A stretch of 64,000 nucleotides of DNA from Octopus vulgaris (GCA_951406725.2 OX597821.1:6820001-6884000), one strand, 5' to 3'. Counted from the stretch's first letter, positions 39,809 to 55,216 are shown. The notes: a model not told the origin generated them from the letters alone. A program made the numbers and translations.

Positions 39809-40113
39809 AAACATGCACATGTGCACGCGCACACACACGCACACACACGGACCACATACATACACATGTGTGTATGTCAGTGTGTTTTGTATGTATGAAT
39901 GCATGTGCGTATGTGTATATGTATGTATGTTTATTCCAGAGTTGAAGAAGATGTACGCGATGACGCAGAATAAATACCTCAAAGGCACGTCTGAGAGTGG
40001 ATTAACGCTTAATCTATAATCGGTCGTCCGACGAAATACATTTTTGCGCCTAACGTTTATGGATGAAATGTATAAACATACATACACTCATGCATATATA
40101 TATAGATATAGGC

Positions 40114-40164
<51 letters not shown>

Positions 40165-40338
40165 TGTGTGTATACACACACGCACAGACTTATAAATATG
40201 TGTGGTTGCGTGTGCATGCGCTCGCGCGTGAGTTTGTGCGTGTGTGCGTGCATGTGTGTGCATACATATATATACATATATATATAATACATACATATAT
40301 ATACATATATATTTTCATATATATATATATGAATATAC

Positions 40339-40376
<38 letters not shown>

Positions 40377-40450
40377 ATATATATATATATATATGTGTGT
40401 GTATGCATATATATATGTATGTATTATATATATATATACATATGTATGTA

Positions 40451-40495
<45 letters not shown>

Positions 40496-40498
<3 letters not shown>

Positions 40499-40891
40499 TA
40501 TAGGAGTGGCTGTGTGGCAAGCAGCTTGCTTACGAGCCGCATGGTTCCGGGTTCAGTCCCATTGCGTGGAACCTTGGGCAAGTGTCTTCTGCTATAGCCT
40601 TGGGCCGATCAAAGCCATGTGAGTGGATTTGGTAGACGGAAACTTGAAGAAGCCCCTCGTATATGTATATATATGTATATGTGTGTATGTAATTTTGTGT
40701 CTGTGTTTGTCTCCCCAACATCGCTTGACAACCGATGCTGGTTTGTTTACGTCCCAGAAACTTAGCGGTTCGGCAAAAGACACAGGTACAATAAGTACTA
40801 GGCTCACAAAGAATAAGCTCTGGGGTCGATTTGCTCGACTAAAGGCGATGCTCCAGCATGGCCGCAATCAGTTGACCGAAACAAGTAAAAG
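40496..40891 (+). mobile_element. SINE family A
   Basis: gcgtataggagtggctgtgtgg head through gaaacaagtaaaaga tail. Confidence 0.92.
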
Positions 40892-40894
40892 ATG

Positions 40895-41222
40895 TGGGGC
40901 ATGTTATTTTTTTCAGTTGTGTTTGTTTGTCCGTGGAAAAGATATCTCAAGAACCGGTGGATGGATTTGGATGAAACTTTCAGGGATGTTTGGCCTCATG
41001 ACTGGCACAAACTGATCTGGTACCGGACAAGGATTCTGGATTATTTTTCCTTCTTTTTTTGCTTAATTTTTGAGAGCGGTCAGGTTCATTTTTAGTATTC
41101 TCGTTTGTGAGAGCAGTCAAGTTTATTTCAGATATTCTCATTTTAAAACTCATCTCTGGCTAATCATTGAGAGGACGTTGGTGTAGCCTTGGCGGGGGTT
41201 TGTGTTCTCTGAGTGCTCTTGT
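40895..41222 (+). mobile_element. Helentron-associated (DINE-1/HINE-like) non-autonomous element, 5' truncated
   Basis: gtttgtttgtccgt microrepeat, gatatctcaagaacc.gtggatggatttggatgaaacttt core and 3' end ccttggcgggggtttgtgttctctgagtgctcttgtt; recognised by resemblance only. Confidence 0.5.
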
Positions 41223-41836
41223 TTATTTATGTATTTGTATATTTATTTATTGTTATCTTACGTTTTGATTGAAAAATCTTGACTGACAAGATGGCGATTC
41301 GTATTTCTGATTTTAAATACATTGATGTTGTTGTTTCTATTGTTATTGTTGTTCTTTTAGTCTTATCTTTTACTTGTTTTTGTCATTGAACTGCGGCCAT
41401 GCTAGGACATCGCCTTGGAGGGTTTGGTCGAACTAATCGACTCTAATACTTTTTCGTTGTTTTTTTTTTCTTTCTTAAAATCTGTTACTTATTGGTCATT
41501 TTTATATTTGCCGACTCGCTAATTGATGGGGACATAAACAAACCGATACCGGTCATCAAGCGGTGGTTAACAACAAATACCAACACAAAAACATACACAC
41601 ATATATTGGCCACAGTCAAAATGACTGAAACAAGTAAAAGAATAAAAGAACGTGTATATGTGTGTGTGTGCTTGTGTGTGCATATGTATATGTGTGTGTA
41701 TGTACCTATATATGTATGTATATTTATATATATGTGTATATGAAAGTATTGATCGATTAAATGGATCCTCTTGAAACGGCCACAATGCACTTATACATAG
41801 ACATCCTTTTTACCTATGTACATTGTATATATATAT

Positions 41837-42260
41837 AGGCGTAGGAGTGGCTGTGTGGTAAGTAGCTTGCTTACCAACCATATGGTTCCGGGTTCAGTCC
41901 CACTGCATGGCATCTTGGGTAAGTGTCTTCTACTATAGCTTCGGGCCGACCAAAGCCTTGTGAGTGGATTTGGTAGACGGAAACTGAAAGAAGCCCGTCG
42001 TATATATGTATGTAAATTTATATATGTATGTGTGTATATGTTTGTGTGTCTGTGTTTGTCCCCACCAACATCGCTTGACAACCGATGCTGGTGTGTTTAC
42101 GTCCCCGTAACTTAGCGGTTCGGCAAAAAAGATCGATAGAATAAGTACTAGGCTTACAAAGAATAAGTCCTGGGGTCGATTTGCTCGACTAAAAGGTGGT
42201 GCTCCAGCATGGTCACAGTCAAATGACTGAAACAAGTAAAAGAGTAAAAGAGTAAAGAGT
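41837..42260 (+). mobile_element. full-length SINE family A (reference copy): tRNA-like head, CORE-like cttgggtaagtg, internal microsatellite, (AAGAGTA)n tail
   Basis: A box gtggctgtgtgg, B-box-like ggttcagtccc; highly similar to 47314-47741 and 51578-51983. Confidence 0.95.
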
Positions 42261-42317
42261 ATATATAATTACGTATAAGAGAGAGGGTACGTAAGTCGCT
42301 GTATGTATATATGTATA

Positions 42318-42655
42318 AAAAATACAAACTGGGACAAGAACGCAAAACATTTCGATGACGACACAAAAACACGGACATTCGAAGCCTTCAATCTTCAGTC
42401 ACGAACCGGATCATCCTTGCAATTTCGGCTGATTCATCTTGAGATTGCTCCAATCTGGTCAGATCCAAGGAAAAAATAAGCTAAGCGCATTAGATTCCTT
42501 GGAAGAAAACTTCGAATGTATACAAAACAAGGACAGAAAAACGGACGATGTTACACGAATATGAATACAAAAATAATACGTAAAAACAATAATAATAATA
42601 TTAATAACAATAACAGGACATCACGAACAGGCGTCTTTCGACTAGGACGATTTAC
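42318..42655 (-). mobile_element. second copy of the 12688-13216 structured repeat
   Basis: Collinear similarity; 15-bp basal stem acattcgaagttttc/gaaggcttcgaatgt on the minus strand. Confidence 0.8.
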
Positions 42656-43090
42656 ATATATGTATGTAGTATAGTGGGGGGGGTGTATTTAACTATGTAT
42701 GTATGAAATATTTAAGAACTGTATATTGTTCCGCCAATGGTGCTCCGGGAACTAAAGAATAAGATTTAGAACTAATGTATAAAATGTAGCAAATAAGGAA
42801 GAAAGAAAGAAACAGGGAAAGAAAGGAAGGAAGAAGAGAAAGAAAGAAAAATGACAATTGCTCTCACTTACACTCACAATTTGGCCTCTTTGAATGTCCG
42901 GTCGATCTGTCATTTTAATGAATTTTAATTACCTTTTTCTGATGATATCTAAAAAGAAACAACAATTTTAGCAAAACATTAAGCAACACTAAAAATAAAT
43001 CAAAATACATAAAAATAAATAAGCTTTTCATGGTTTTATAGATATTTCAAAATTATGATGCTAGGTGTTTCCATTTTTTTGTCCAACCCT

Positions 43091-43172
<82 letters not shown>

Positions 43173-43676
43173 TACTTGTCTATCTATCTATTCTCTCTGT
43201 CTCTCTCCGTGTTGCTCTCTCTCTCTCTTTTGATAGGTATATATATATATATACACATATATATACCAAATATATATATATATATTTATTTATCATTTCA
43301 TCCTGACCACTAGTTAGCACACCTTGCCTTTCTTCATTTGTTTATTGGCTCTCTCCCCCTATTTTTTTTCTCTGACTTCCTGTTTTTGATTTGACCTCAC
43401 AAACACATTCCCAACTTTTAACTCACATCTAAAAAAAAAAAACCTTTCGATCGAATAACACCATTTACAAGACTCTATGCTTGGAATGACCAATTATAAA
43501 CACCACTGGAGCTCACATAGATGGTACAGAAAACTTATATATACACCATTCTACTTAAATAATGGAACTGCAGATACAGCATCCTTACGTATCGCACGTC
43601 TGTTTTCATTCCTCCACTTCACTCTCTATTTCATATCTTCTCTATAATAATTATTGCTTAACCATCCTCTCACACC

Positions 43677-43725
43677 GTCTCTGATGAAGGGATATTTAAA
43701 ATATACCCGGAAACAGCTGTAAGAC
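43677..43725 (+). ncRNA. type I hammerhead ribozyme, canonical core
   Basis: gtct CTGATGA a-gggatattt-a-aaatataccc-g GAAA cagctg TA agac; palindromic ACAGCTGT stem III; element ends in a microsatellite at about 43795. Confidence 0.8.
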
Positions 43726-43795
43726 CTTCTCTTTATAAATGTTCTGAAAACTATTCAACGCCTTGGATTTTTTATCTCATTCTGTTAAATTATAC

Positions 43796-43849
<54 letters not shown>

Positions 43850-43906
43850 GACGTGCTTGTGGTTGGGAAGTAAGCTTCTTACCACATAGCTACTCCTGCG
43901 CCTATG

Positions 43907-43971
<65 letters not shown>

Positions 43972-44028
43972 ATATATATATATATATACACATATATATA
44001 CATATACATACATACATACATACATACA

Positions 44029-44064
<36 letters not shown>

Positions 44065-44135
44065 TATGTATATATTATATATCGTATATTACATATATTA
44101 CTTATATTATATATATTATATATATGCATATATAT

Positions 44136-44197
<62 letters not shown>

Positions 44198-44200
<3 letters not shown>

Positions 44201-44458
44201 ATTAAAAAGTCAAAATGATGGTGAAAAAATTGGATTTTAATTTAATAACATCAATTTAAACACCAGTGGTCTAGCGCATAAAAACTGAGATTCAGTAAAT
44301 ATTATTAATACACAAATATGAGAGAGAATCCATTATGTGGACGTCCTTACGCTAGAGATAGATCCGCAAGGGTCTGAACCACTAAGAATTCTTAGTGGTT
44401 GAGACCCTTGCGGATCGATCTCTAGCATAAAAGCGTCCACATAGTGGATTTTCTCTCA

Positions 44459-44463
<5 letters not shown>
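44198..44463. mobile_element. loopless fold-back element in (TA)n
   Basis: 75-bp arms 44314-44388 / 44389-44463 centred on GAATTC, plus a left extension. Confidence 0.85.
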
Positions 44464-44505
<42 letters not shown>

Positions 44506-44694
44506 TATATTATGGCTTCAGAGCAAAATCCATACCTGGACTCATATTGCATTCACACATCCATCATAAATAGATGCAGCTTCTTTTCTTAATTTCATTT
44601 CATCTTTTCCTTCAACCCTTCATATGTCGAAATCGACAGAAGTGACGATCAGTATATATCATAAAAGTATATGTATACACACACATACACACAT

Positions 44695-44732
<38 letters not shown>

Positions 44733-44894
44733 CATGTGTGTTTGTGTGTGTGTGTCTGTGTCTATATATATACATACATGCACATATATATATATATGCA
44801 CGCATATAAAACACATAATAGATATATACATACATACCTAAATGTATGTATGTATATATGCACGTAAATGTGTGTGTATGTGTGTGTGTGAGTG

Positions 44895-44933
<39 letters not shown>

Positions 44934-45371
44934 ATTATTCTCAATTTCGATTTGTTTTCTCACACTTAATCTGGAACCAATCTAAGAGTTTCTTCCTCCC
45001 GACCAACCTCCAAAAGAGCAAATCAAACGACACCGACTTGGCAAATATAATGAGTAATTTTGGCATCAGCATCGACTAATTTATCTAATTAGGTCCGTAA
45101 ATATAAAAACTTAATCAGAAAATATCGCTTGCAGGCGATAAATAATCAAATAGATCACTGTAGAAATGTTTGAAATATTTATTTAATGCTCTTTTTTATA
45201 TTTTGTCAGTTTGGCACCGATGTCTGTGGTTTTGGTTAGTGACAAACCGGTGGAGGACACGACTGTGGTGCGATGCAACTGAGAAAGAGTTTTAAAGTTT
45301 ATTATCTCTTGAGAAAGTTCATGTATGTCTCCGAGCCAGCGACGGAGACTCTAAGAGGTTATGTTGACTTT

Positions 45372-45445
<74 letters not shown>

Positions 45446-46140
45446 AACGGTGAAATCTCGCTTATATCATATCGCACCAATTGTCTTTATGAAAAAGGGC
45501 ACAGCAGAGTTAGTCTTAATGAGGTTATATCTGAAAATAGTATGGGTGGTTATAACATGATTGATTTTCATCATAGGACTTTTCGTCGTGAACTTTTCAT
45601 CATAAGTCTTCCACATCATGGGCCTAAACAATAACAAAAACAAGTGATAGCAGCGGTAGCAGTAGCAGCAGCGGCAAGAACAGCAGCAGCCATGGTAGCA
45701 GTGCGCAGGTCTGCTGAGTGAAAGATCTCATTGAACTTCTATAGTGAGAACTCTACATGCTCCATCGCCGAGTCAATGCGTGTGTGTATGTGTGCGTGTG
45801 TCGTTACATATGTTATTCAATAACAGTTTCACACAGTTCCATACGACTCCTCGGACGAACCTATCTCATCAGATATCTAGTGAAGAGTAAAGGGAGTTGA
45901 AACAAATTCAAAATTGCTCCCAGACGTTGGGTATCTGTTGGTCAACTCAAGTTGCGTGATTTTATTAGTCTGAAAGCAACATAAAATTGTTTTTGTTTCT
46001 TAAAGATTATATGAATAAAAACTGATATGACTTTCGGACCAATAACACTTCAAGACCTGAGTTGATCAACAGAGGGTTCACCATTTTCAAACTGAGAACA
46101 AAACTGTTTTTCCAATTGTCTTTTGAGCAGGTGATTTTCC

Positions 46141-46212
<72 letters not shown>

Positions 46213-46292
46213 TTTTTTTTTTTTTTCTTCTTTCAAATTTGCTTCCATTTCTTGCCGAGTGTCTTCCCGACTCCTGGAGGAAATGGAAGCAA

Positions 46293-46346
<54 letters not shown>

Positions 46347-46521
46347 GCTGTTGTTCTCGTTGTTGTTATTGTTCAGGTCACTGCTTGAACAATAACAACA
46401 ACAACAACAATAATAATAATAACAATAATAATGATAATAATAATGATAATTATAATAATGATGATGATGATGATAATTATTATAATAATAATTATGATAA
46501 TAATAATAATAATAATAATAA

Positions 46522-46715
46522 TATCATCGAAAATACCTTAGGAATGGGAAACCAGGTTTGAAATTTCCCCAAGACACCTGATTAAGGCTGGAGGGTATAT
46601 CAGCCGAAACGTTGTGTTAACAACAAACAAGATGAGGACAAATATCCGTCGAATGTAAATAATGTAAATATTGTAAATGATGTACATAATTCCTCATCTC
46701 TTAAATATAGAACTG
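46522..46715 (+). mobile_element. HHR-bearing short element following an (AAT)n tract
   Basis: 3' part matches 844-914 and 1387-1467; (tgtaaata)-type tail. Confidence 0.8.
46573..46618 (+). ncRNA. minimal hammerhead motif, G8U in this copy
   Basis: gacac CTGATTA a ggctg-gagggtatat-cagcc GAAA c GTT gtgtt; palindromic AACGTT stem III. Confidence 0.55.
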
Positions 46716-47313
46716 TACTTTAATTTCTCCATGCTATTTATACGTAAATGAGTCTCAGCAACACTTCGACGGACGGGTGTCCCATTCAGGTTAAGTGTTG
46801 TCGTATCAATCTTTTATACATCATGAAAACAGAGTTAAACTCCAGCTGTATGGGTCCTAGGCCTCGTGAAAAAACACACCAAATATCTAAGATTCAAGAC
46901 GTGGTTATGTGACACTTAGTAGCTATGAGTACGAATCTTTTAACCGGATATAATATATGGAGTAAGTAGAGGCGATTATATTTAGCCGGAAGAGCTTCGC
47001 TGATAACCTTACTTTCCAATGTATTCAATGGACTTCATTAAAATATGTATTTATCAAGTGGACTAGCAAGCATTTGAACTATTATTTCAAGTGGTGTATT
47101 CCATTCACTCGGCTAATTTTGATATCCCTGCATCGTTCTTTAGTGTCATGTTCCAGGGAATACAAATTTCTATCGAATCCCGAAGCAGCATTTATAAGAA
47201 GCACCGGGAGATTATCTATGTTTAGGCTTCACTCTTCAAACAAATTTCAAAGTAGAGAATATAACGCCGTAACGCCACAGTATATCATACAACAACCGTA
47301 TATATACATATAT

Positions 47314-47741
47314 ACTCTTTACTCTTTTACTCTTTTACTTGTTTCAGTCATTTGACTGCGGCCATGCTGGAGCACCGCCTTTTTAGTCAAGCAAATCGAC
47401 CCCGGGACTTATTCTTTGTAAGCCCAGTACTTATTCTATCGGTATCTTTTGCCGAACCGCTAAGTGACGGGCACGTAAACACACCAGCATCGGTTGTCAA
47501 GCAATGCTAGGGGGACAAACACAGACATACAAACACACACACACATATATATATATACATACATATATACATATATAGGACAGGCTTCTTTCAGTTTCCG
47601 TCTACCAAATCCACTCACAAGGCATTGGTCGGCCCGGGGCTATAGCAGAAGACACTTGCCCAAGATGCCATGCAGTGGTACTGAACCCGCAACCATGTGG
47701 CTGGTTAGCAAGCTACTTACCACACAGCCACTCCTGCGCCT
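47314..47741 (-). mobile_element. full-length SINE family A
   Basis: Complete reverse-complement copy. Confidence 0.95.
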
Positions 47742-47997
47742 ATATATGTACGTAGGTAAAAAAATGCATATACATCTATTTGTTGCACACACGCATGTAC
47801 TTATGTGTATGATGAATTATAATGTGGTAACTCTAGTATAACTGTTATGATATTATGATATGTGAATATATTGACTATGATCTTAAAATTAATAAGATTA
47901 CATCTATCATAAATGTCTGTTTATTATATTACGGTATACTACATATTTGAATCTCCTATACTATGTATTGTGAAATGAAGACTACACAGAAGCTAAC

Positions 47998-48102
<105 letters not shown>

Positions 48103-48176
48103 TGATACTAATAATAATAATAATAATTAAATATTCTATGTGTACTCACGGACATTGATGCACATGTGTGCTCCAG

Positions 48177-48222
<46 letters not shown>

Positions 48223-48326
48223 AATGATTATCTATATGCTTGTACGTATATTTAATTATGTCTATTTTTATGTTTATGTACATGTATAGTTGTATATATT
48301 TGCTTATGTATGTGTATATATATATG

Positions 48327-48504
<178 letters not shown>

Positions 48505-48570
48505 TATATGTATATTGAATTGTACGTGTATCTTGTTTCATGTATATATTTATATTCTGAATGTACTTTA

Positions 48571-48700
48571 TAATCTCTGACGAGGCCTATGTATATATTT
48601 AAGTACCTCATTTTAAACTCCCTACAACCTCCATAAAATTTACATGTATGGGCACAACAAATTACTTTTTCCAAAGGCTGAAACAGCTGTAAGTGATTGT
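48571..48700 (+). ncRNA. hammerhead motif with about 85-nt loop II
   Basis: taatct CTGACGA ggcct...aggct GAAA cagctg TA agtgatt; element 48500-48880 lies between (TA)n tracts. Confidence 0.7.
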
Positions 48701-48879
48701 AATGATTTTAATAATTTATATTAAGGTTTTTTTAATTGTATTCTTATCTTATATGTATTGAATTTGATAATGTATATATGTATGTTCTTATGGTTGTCGT
48801 TTTGATTAATAAATAAGTCAGCATTCTATTATCCTAAAGCTGATAAACCAACTGAGTTGTTTCTCCATTTTCTTATTTG

Positions 48880-48989
<110 letters not shown>

Positions 48990-49131
48990 ACTGTTTAATA
49001 TATATGCCTGCATTGAGTGCGAGTGTGTCTGTTGTGGTTTCTTGATGTTGGTTGAGGAGCTGTGGAGTTCAATATGGAACATTATTGTTTTTGTTGATGT
49101 ATATTGATCTATATTGTTTATATTGTATTAT

Positions 49132-49173
<42 letters not shown>

Positions 49174-49250
49174 AGAATATGAGTACGTATGCACACATAT
49201 TTATATTTATATGTAAATTATTTAGGATTTGTACTCATACTTGCATTAAA

Positions 49251-49363
49251 ATCTCTGAAGAGGCCGTGAGATATTCTTGTTAATGTCTCATTTATACCTG
49301 CATTATATGGCTAATAGGTTAAATGAGACATACCTGTCTTCATGGCCGAAACAGCTGTCAGCT
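49251..49363 (+). ncRNA. hammerhead motif with long extended stem II
   Basis: atct CTGAAGA ggccgtga...atgtctcattta...taaatgagacat...tcatggcc GAAA cagctg TC agct; element 49170-49515 lies between (TA)n tracts. Confidence 0.75.
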
Positions 49364-49653
49364 ACAATGTAAATGTATTTCTATGTCTTGTTATATTTGT
49401 ACTATATTAATGTATAATATCATTGCTATTGTGTAGTGTTTTAATAAAGTATTGATTCGATATTATCTGATAGTTGATGATTGATTTAGATATATTTCTC
49501 CATTTTCTCATTTTGTATATATATATATGTATATTTGAGTTCTACGTCTATTTGTGGTGTCCTGTATTCACGTATATATATTTATATATGCATGTATATA
49601 TACATGTAGATGTAGGTACGTACATATATGTATGTATGTATGCATATATTTTA

Positions 49654-50341
49654 TTTATTACACTATTGTATGACTGAGCGTCCTCGCGTCGATTCGATTC
49701 GTTTTGTTTCGTTTCATCTCCTCCAAGTAAGTTTTTATATATAATTATGACGCGAAACTCTGTAACTCTTTGCTTGACCTTCCCTATCTCTCTCTCTCTC
49801 TCACTCCTCCTCATCTGTCTCACTCCTCCTCATCTGTCTCACTCCTCCTCATCACTCTCACTCCTCCTCATCTCTCTCACAGCCGCTTGTCTTCCTCTAT
49901 CTCTCTCTCACTCACTCCTCCTCATCTCTCTCACAGCCGGGTGACTACTTCCTTTCGCCTGCGGCCTCCTAACAGCGAACACATGTTCTTCCAGCGCTCT
50001 TAAGAATCTTTCCTCGTCTAGGCCAAAATAAGGCCCTCATTGTTTGTTTTCTTGTTTGTTTTTATTTCTTGTACTGTATTTTTTCGTAATTGTATTTTTA
50101 TTTTGTATTTTATTTTGTATTTTATTTTGTAATTTTATTTGTATCGTTTTTACGTCCTGTTTTTGTCACAGTTTTTTCTTTCCTTGTTTTTACCCCTCTG
50201 CGAAGTAATTTTATTTAATTATTTCGCAGGAAGGGCTAGTTCGACGAGTATATATTTTTTATTACACTATTGTATGACTGAGCGCCCTCGCGTCGATTCG
50301 ATTCGTTTCGTTTCGTTTCATCTCCTCCAAGTAAATTTTTA

Positions 50342-50344
<3 letters not shown>
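49654..50344. mobile_element. 690-bp element bounded by 87-bp direct repeats
   Basis: 49654-49740 and 50258-50344 differ at 3 positions; the interior has a 19-bp minisatellite and a 13-bp hairpin. Confidence 0.7.
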
Positions 50345-50382
<38 letters not shown>

Positions 50383-50410
50383 GCATACATACCATACATA
50401 CATACCATAC

Positions 50411-50497
<87 letters not shown>

Positions 50498-50654
50498 TGT
50501 GTGTGTGTGTGTATGTATATGTTAGAGTGTTTTCATCCCCGTAACCTAGCGATGTGGGAACAGACCCCATAGAATAAGTTCTAGGATTACAAAGAATAAG
50601 TCTTGGGCCGATTTCTTCGATTTGTCCATGGGTTTATTACTCTTGGGTCGATTT

Positions 50655-51038
50655 CTCCATGCTGGATCTCCGCCTTGAAGAGTCTTTTAGTCGAAGAAAT
50701 CGACCCAGAACGTATTATATGTAAGCCTAGTGCTTATTCTAGGGAGCTTTTTCCCGGAACTGTTAGGTTGCGGGGATGTAAACACACTAACATCGGTTGT
50801 CAAGCGACAGTGGGTGGGAGAAACATAAGCACAAAGACACACATACACATAAATACACACATATACATATATACGACAGGCTTCTTTCAGTTTCCGTCTA
50901 TCAAATCCACTCACAAGGCTTTGGTCGGCCCGAAGCTAAAGTAGAAGACACTTTTCCAAAGTGCCAGCTAGTGAAACCGAATCCGGTACCATGTGGTTGT
51001 GTAAGCAAACTTCTTACCATACAGCCACGCCTACGCCT
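50655..51038 (-). mobile_element. diverged SINE family A
   Basis: Body and head motifs on the minus strand. Confidence 0.85.
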
Positions 51039-51067
51039 ATATATATATATATATGCATACATATATG

Positions 51068-51173
<106 letters not shown>

Positions 51174-51174
51174 T

Positions 51175-51240
<66 letters not shown>

Positions 51241-51246
51241 CATATA

Positions 51247-51560
<314 letters not shown>

Positions 51561-51577
51561 TATATATATATATATAT

Positions 51578-51983
51578 ATGTGGTAAGTAGCTTGCTAACC
51601 AAACACATGGTTCCGAGTTCAGTCCCACTGCGTGGCATCTTGGGCAAGTGTCTTCTGCTATAGCCCCGGACCGACCAATGCCTTATGAGTGGATTTGGTA
51701 GACGGAAACTGAAAGAAGCCTGTCGTATATATGTATATATATATATATAAGTGTGTGTGTGTGTGTATATGTTTGTGTGTCTGTGTTTGTCCCCCTAGCA
51801 TTGCTTGACAACCGATGCTGGTGTGTTTACGTCCCCGTCACTTAGCGGTTCGGCAAAAGAGACCGATAGAATAAGTACTGGGCTTACAAAGAATAAGTCC
51901 CGGGGTCGAGTTGCTCGACTAAAGGCGGTGCTCCAGCATGGCCGCAGTCAAATGACTGAAACAAGTAAAAGAGTAAAAGAGTA
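51578..51983 (+). mobile_element. SINE family A, nearly full length
   Basis: High similarity to the reverse complement of 47314-47741. Confidence 0.95.
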
Positions 51984-51989
51984 ATATAT

Positions 51990-52039
<50 letters not shown>

Positions 52040-52452
52040 CGGCCCGTAGATGGACTTCTATGTATTTTTGTAAATTTGTATATTTATCTTCTATGTATTT
52101 TTCCCTGTAATTTTAATTCGTCTTTTATTATCTCATTGGATGTTTTATTACACCAAATTTTTAATTTAACAAATTTATACCAAATGTTTTTCTAGTTTAA
52201 GCGTAAATTCAAGGTGTTATATATGATTCTCTTATATATTTATATATGTTTATATGATGTTTATATAATTTACATATTACTATATATTTTTAAACGTCGG
52301 ACTTTATATCTGTTCTGTAGATATAAATGAATATATGAATATATGTATGTGTTTGATCTTTCTGTAGATTTGGTAGTGTTCTTGTAGTTGCTGCTCGCAT
52401 TGCCTTACCTCGGATTAAAAAAAGTATATATATATATATATATATATATGTG

Positions 52453-52484
<32 letters not shown>

Positions 52485-52566
52485 TGTATGTATGTATGTA
52501 TGTATGTATGTATGTATGTATGTATGTATGTATGCATGTATGTATGCATGTATGCGTGTATGTATG

Positions 52567-52602
<36 letters not shown>

Positions 52603-52606
52603 TGCA

Positions 52607-53147
52607 TGAGTGCTACTTGTAACATGTAACCCAGTACAACCTGTTGCATGGTCGGGTCGTCGGCGACTAAACCGGCAACCCCACCAAGCTTGCTTGGTGA
52701 GGAGGGTGTTTATTGGACACTCTACGAGATGAAAAACAAAACCCGTCAAAGGGCGGAGGAACTCTTGAGAGTCAACGGCCATCCAATAAATGTCTTAAGG
52801 TCGTATCATGCTCGGAGACATAGAAATAATCGGAATGAATACCCGATCGCGCGGTTAAACCATTGGGAGTGAAGGACTCCTAGCCTTTGTTAGGGCATCC
52901 TTCTAGGAGAAGGTAACTCAGGTAACTGGGCTAACTCCGACATAAAACCTGCGGCTCAGTGGTTACCGATGATGTTGACTTGTTCTTCTTTTCGGATTAT
53001 GGCTGCTGTTGCTTAGTGAGTGGGATTGACTCAGTGCACAGCCTTTCCTCACTTAAAAAAAATCTTCTTGCGCAGGCATTGCACGATAACAACATTGATT
53101 AAGCTTCGTGCAATGGCCATACTCGATAACGATGGGGCAGCCACCTT
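52607..53147 (+). mobile_element. non-coding RTE-related element in (TATG)n
   Basis: Flanked by tatg repeats on both sides; ggcatccttctaggagaaggtaactc resembles an RTE 5' UTR motif. Confidence 0.55.
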
Positions 53148-53161
53148 GTATGTATGTATAT

Positions 53162-53204
<43 letters not shown>

Positions 53205-53209
53205 TAGAC

Positions 53210-53266
<57 letters not shown>

Positions 53267-53327
53267 TAAAGTACAATATATATAAAAAACAAGATAATGC
53301 AAAATTAATTTAAAACAATATGAATAA

Positions 53328-53530
53328 AGTGGCTGTGTGGTAAGAAGCTTGCTTCCGAACCTCATCGTTTGGGGTTCAGTCCCACTGCGTGGGACCTTGG
53401 GCAAGTGTCTTCTTGAATAGCCTCAGGATGACCAAATTCCTTGTGTCGATTTGTTCGACTAAAACCATTCAAGGCGATGCTCCAGCATGGCTGCAATCAA
53501 ATGACTGCAACAAATAAAACAATAAAATAA
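53328..53530 (+). mobile_element. SINE family A with internal deletion
   Basis: Head joined directly to the gtcgatttgttcgactaaa tail. Confidence 0.8.
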
Positions 53531-53822
53531 GTATCACATTTGACAGAGTAATCTGAATGCCGAAGGTTTAAACCATATCGGTTTTGATGGGTTTTCGATC
53601 TGACACTCCGCGCCTAGAGGCAGGCTGCTTATTATGCGCAATTTACACTGAAACCATGTGATATGGCAGTTCCATCAGTTTATATTGAGGAAATTTCGTC
53701 AACCGATCTGAACTAGACTGCTTTGGCACCCGACACCTACAGAAAGTGATATCCCAGGACGATTACCGTAGCATTCTTAATAAAATGTCTAGATTGAGTT
53801 GGATGCACAAATTAATATGTGC

Positions 53823-53854
<32 letters not shown>

Positions 53855-53858
<4 letters not shown>

Positions 53859-54010
53859 AAATAAAAACATGATGCAAAGGATTTAGCGGTACATATGTAC
53901 CGCTAAATCCTTTGCATCGTGTTTTTATTTTGATTAATATACTCTATCACCTACACCACTAAATGGTATATACAGGTGCTTACAATTATCAAGTATTCAC
54001 TCTGAATTTT
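53855..54010. mobile_element. loopless fold-back element in (TA)n
   Basis: 40-bp arms 53855-53894 / 53895-53934 centred on CATATG, plus a right extension. Confidence 0.85.
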
Positions 54011-54018
54011 TATATATA

Positions 54019-54051
<33 letters not shown>

Positions 54052-54064
54052 ATATATATGTATG

Positions 54065-54168
<104 letters not shown>

Positions 54169-55088
54169 CACATATAAAACAGAGTTCATGTGTGTTTGAG
54201 TTATTATTAAGATATATATCTATATATCTATATATTTTAATAATACTAAAACTCTAGAAGATGTTGCTTGTTCCCGAAATATATTTTATTTTAATTTTTT
54301 TACATGCGTATTTTTATGCTTACTTTATGCAGAGCAGTATGCGGTTTGGGGATATTTGGACCTTTATTTATAAATGAAAGCGATTAAGCACAATTTTTGC
54401 TTATGATTTCTTGACGAAAAAGACTTGGCCTCTGTGACGTCAACACATACACACATACAGAACGCACACACACATATAATAAATGTTATGGCGTACGAAT
54501 CAACACAAACACACATACGCTATCTATGACATATACACGCACATAGTCTTCTCTCTCTCTCGCTCTCTCTCTCTCTCCCTCACTCTAAAAAAAGAGCGTC
54601 ACCTTTTTGCCGTACACAATATTTTAATCATTTAGAAATATTTTTAAGTGAATGTTGTTTCAAAAATGCAAGTTGTTTGTACAGTAAGTATCTGTATTTT
54701 AGCTTTCTTTAAACGAACAATATTTTAATGGGTTTTTTTTTTTCAATTATTTTCAGGTGTATATCATTACAAAAATTATTTTTGGCATATTTAAAAAATA
54801 CTTTAAAGTGCAAATGTCTTTTAAAATATGGTAAATATTTCGTAAAAGACTCATTCGTAACCTCGGTGAGAAATAATTTCTTTCCGTAGGTTTTTTTTTC
54901 GTATGCATTCAATGTATCTCAGTTCCAAAAATTTGGCTTCTATTTCTAGCATGCCCTGCTACCATGTGACAGCTATTTTCGATAAAGGACCCGAAATACC
55001 TGTTACATGCAGGGCGTGCAAGAAATAGCAGCCAAATCTTTCCTTTTTCGTGCGCGCGTTTGTGTATGCGTGTGTACATACACACACA

Positions 55089-55216
<128 letters not shown>

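Noticed and set aside
52038-52305. (TA)n-flanked AT-rich insert ending in aaacgtcggac as another HHR element
   Set aside because: No recognisable CUGANGA core or stem II; too degenerate to call.
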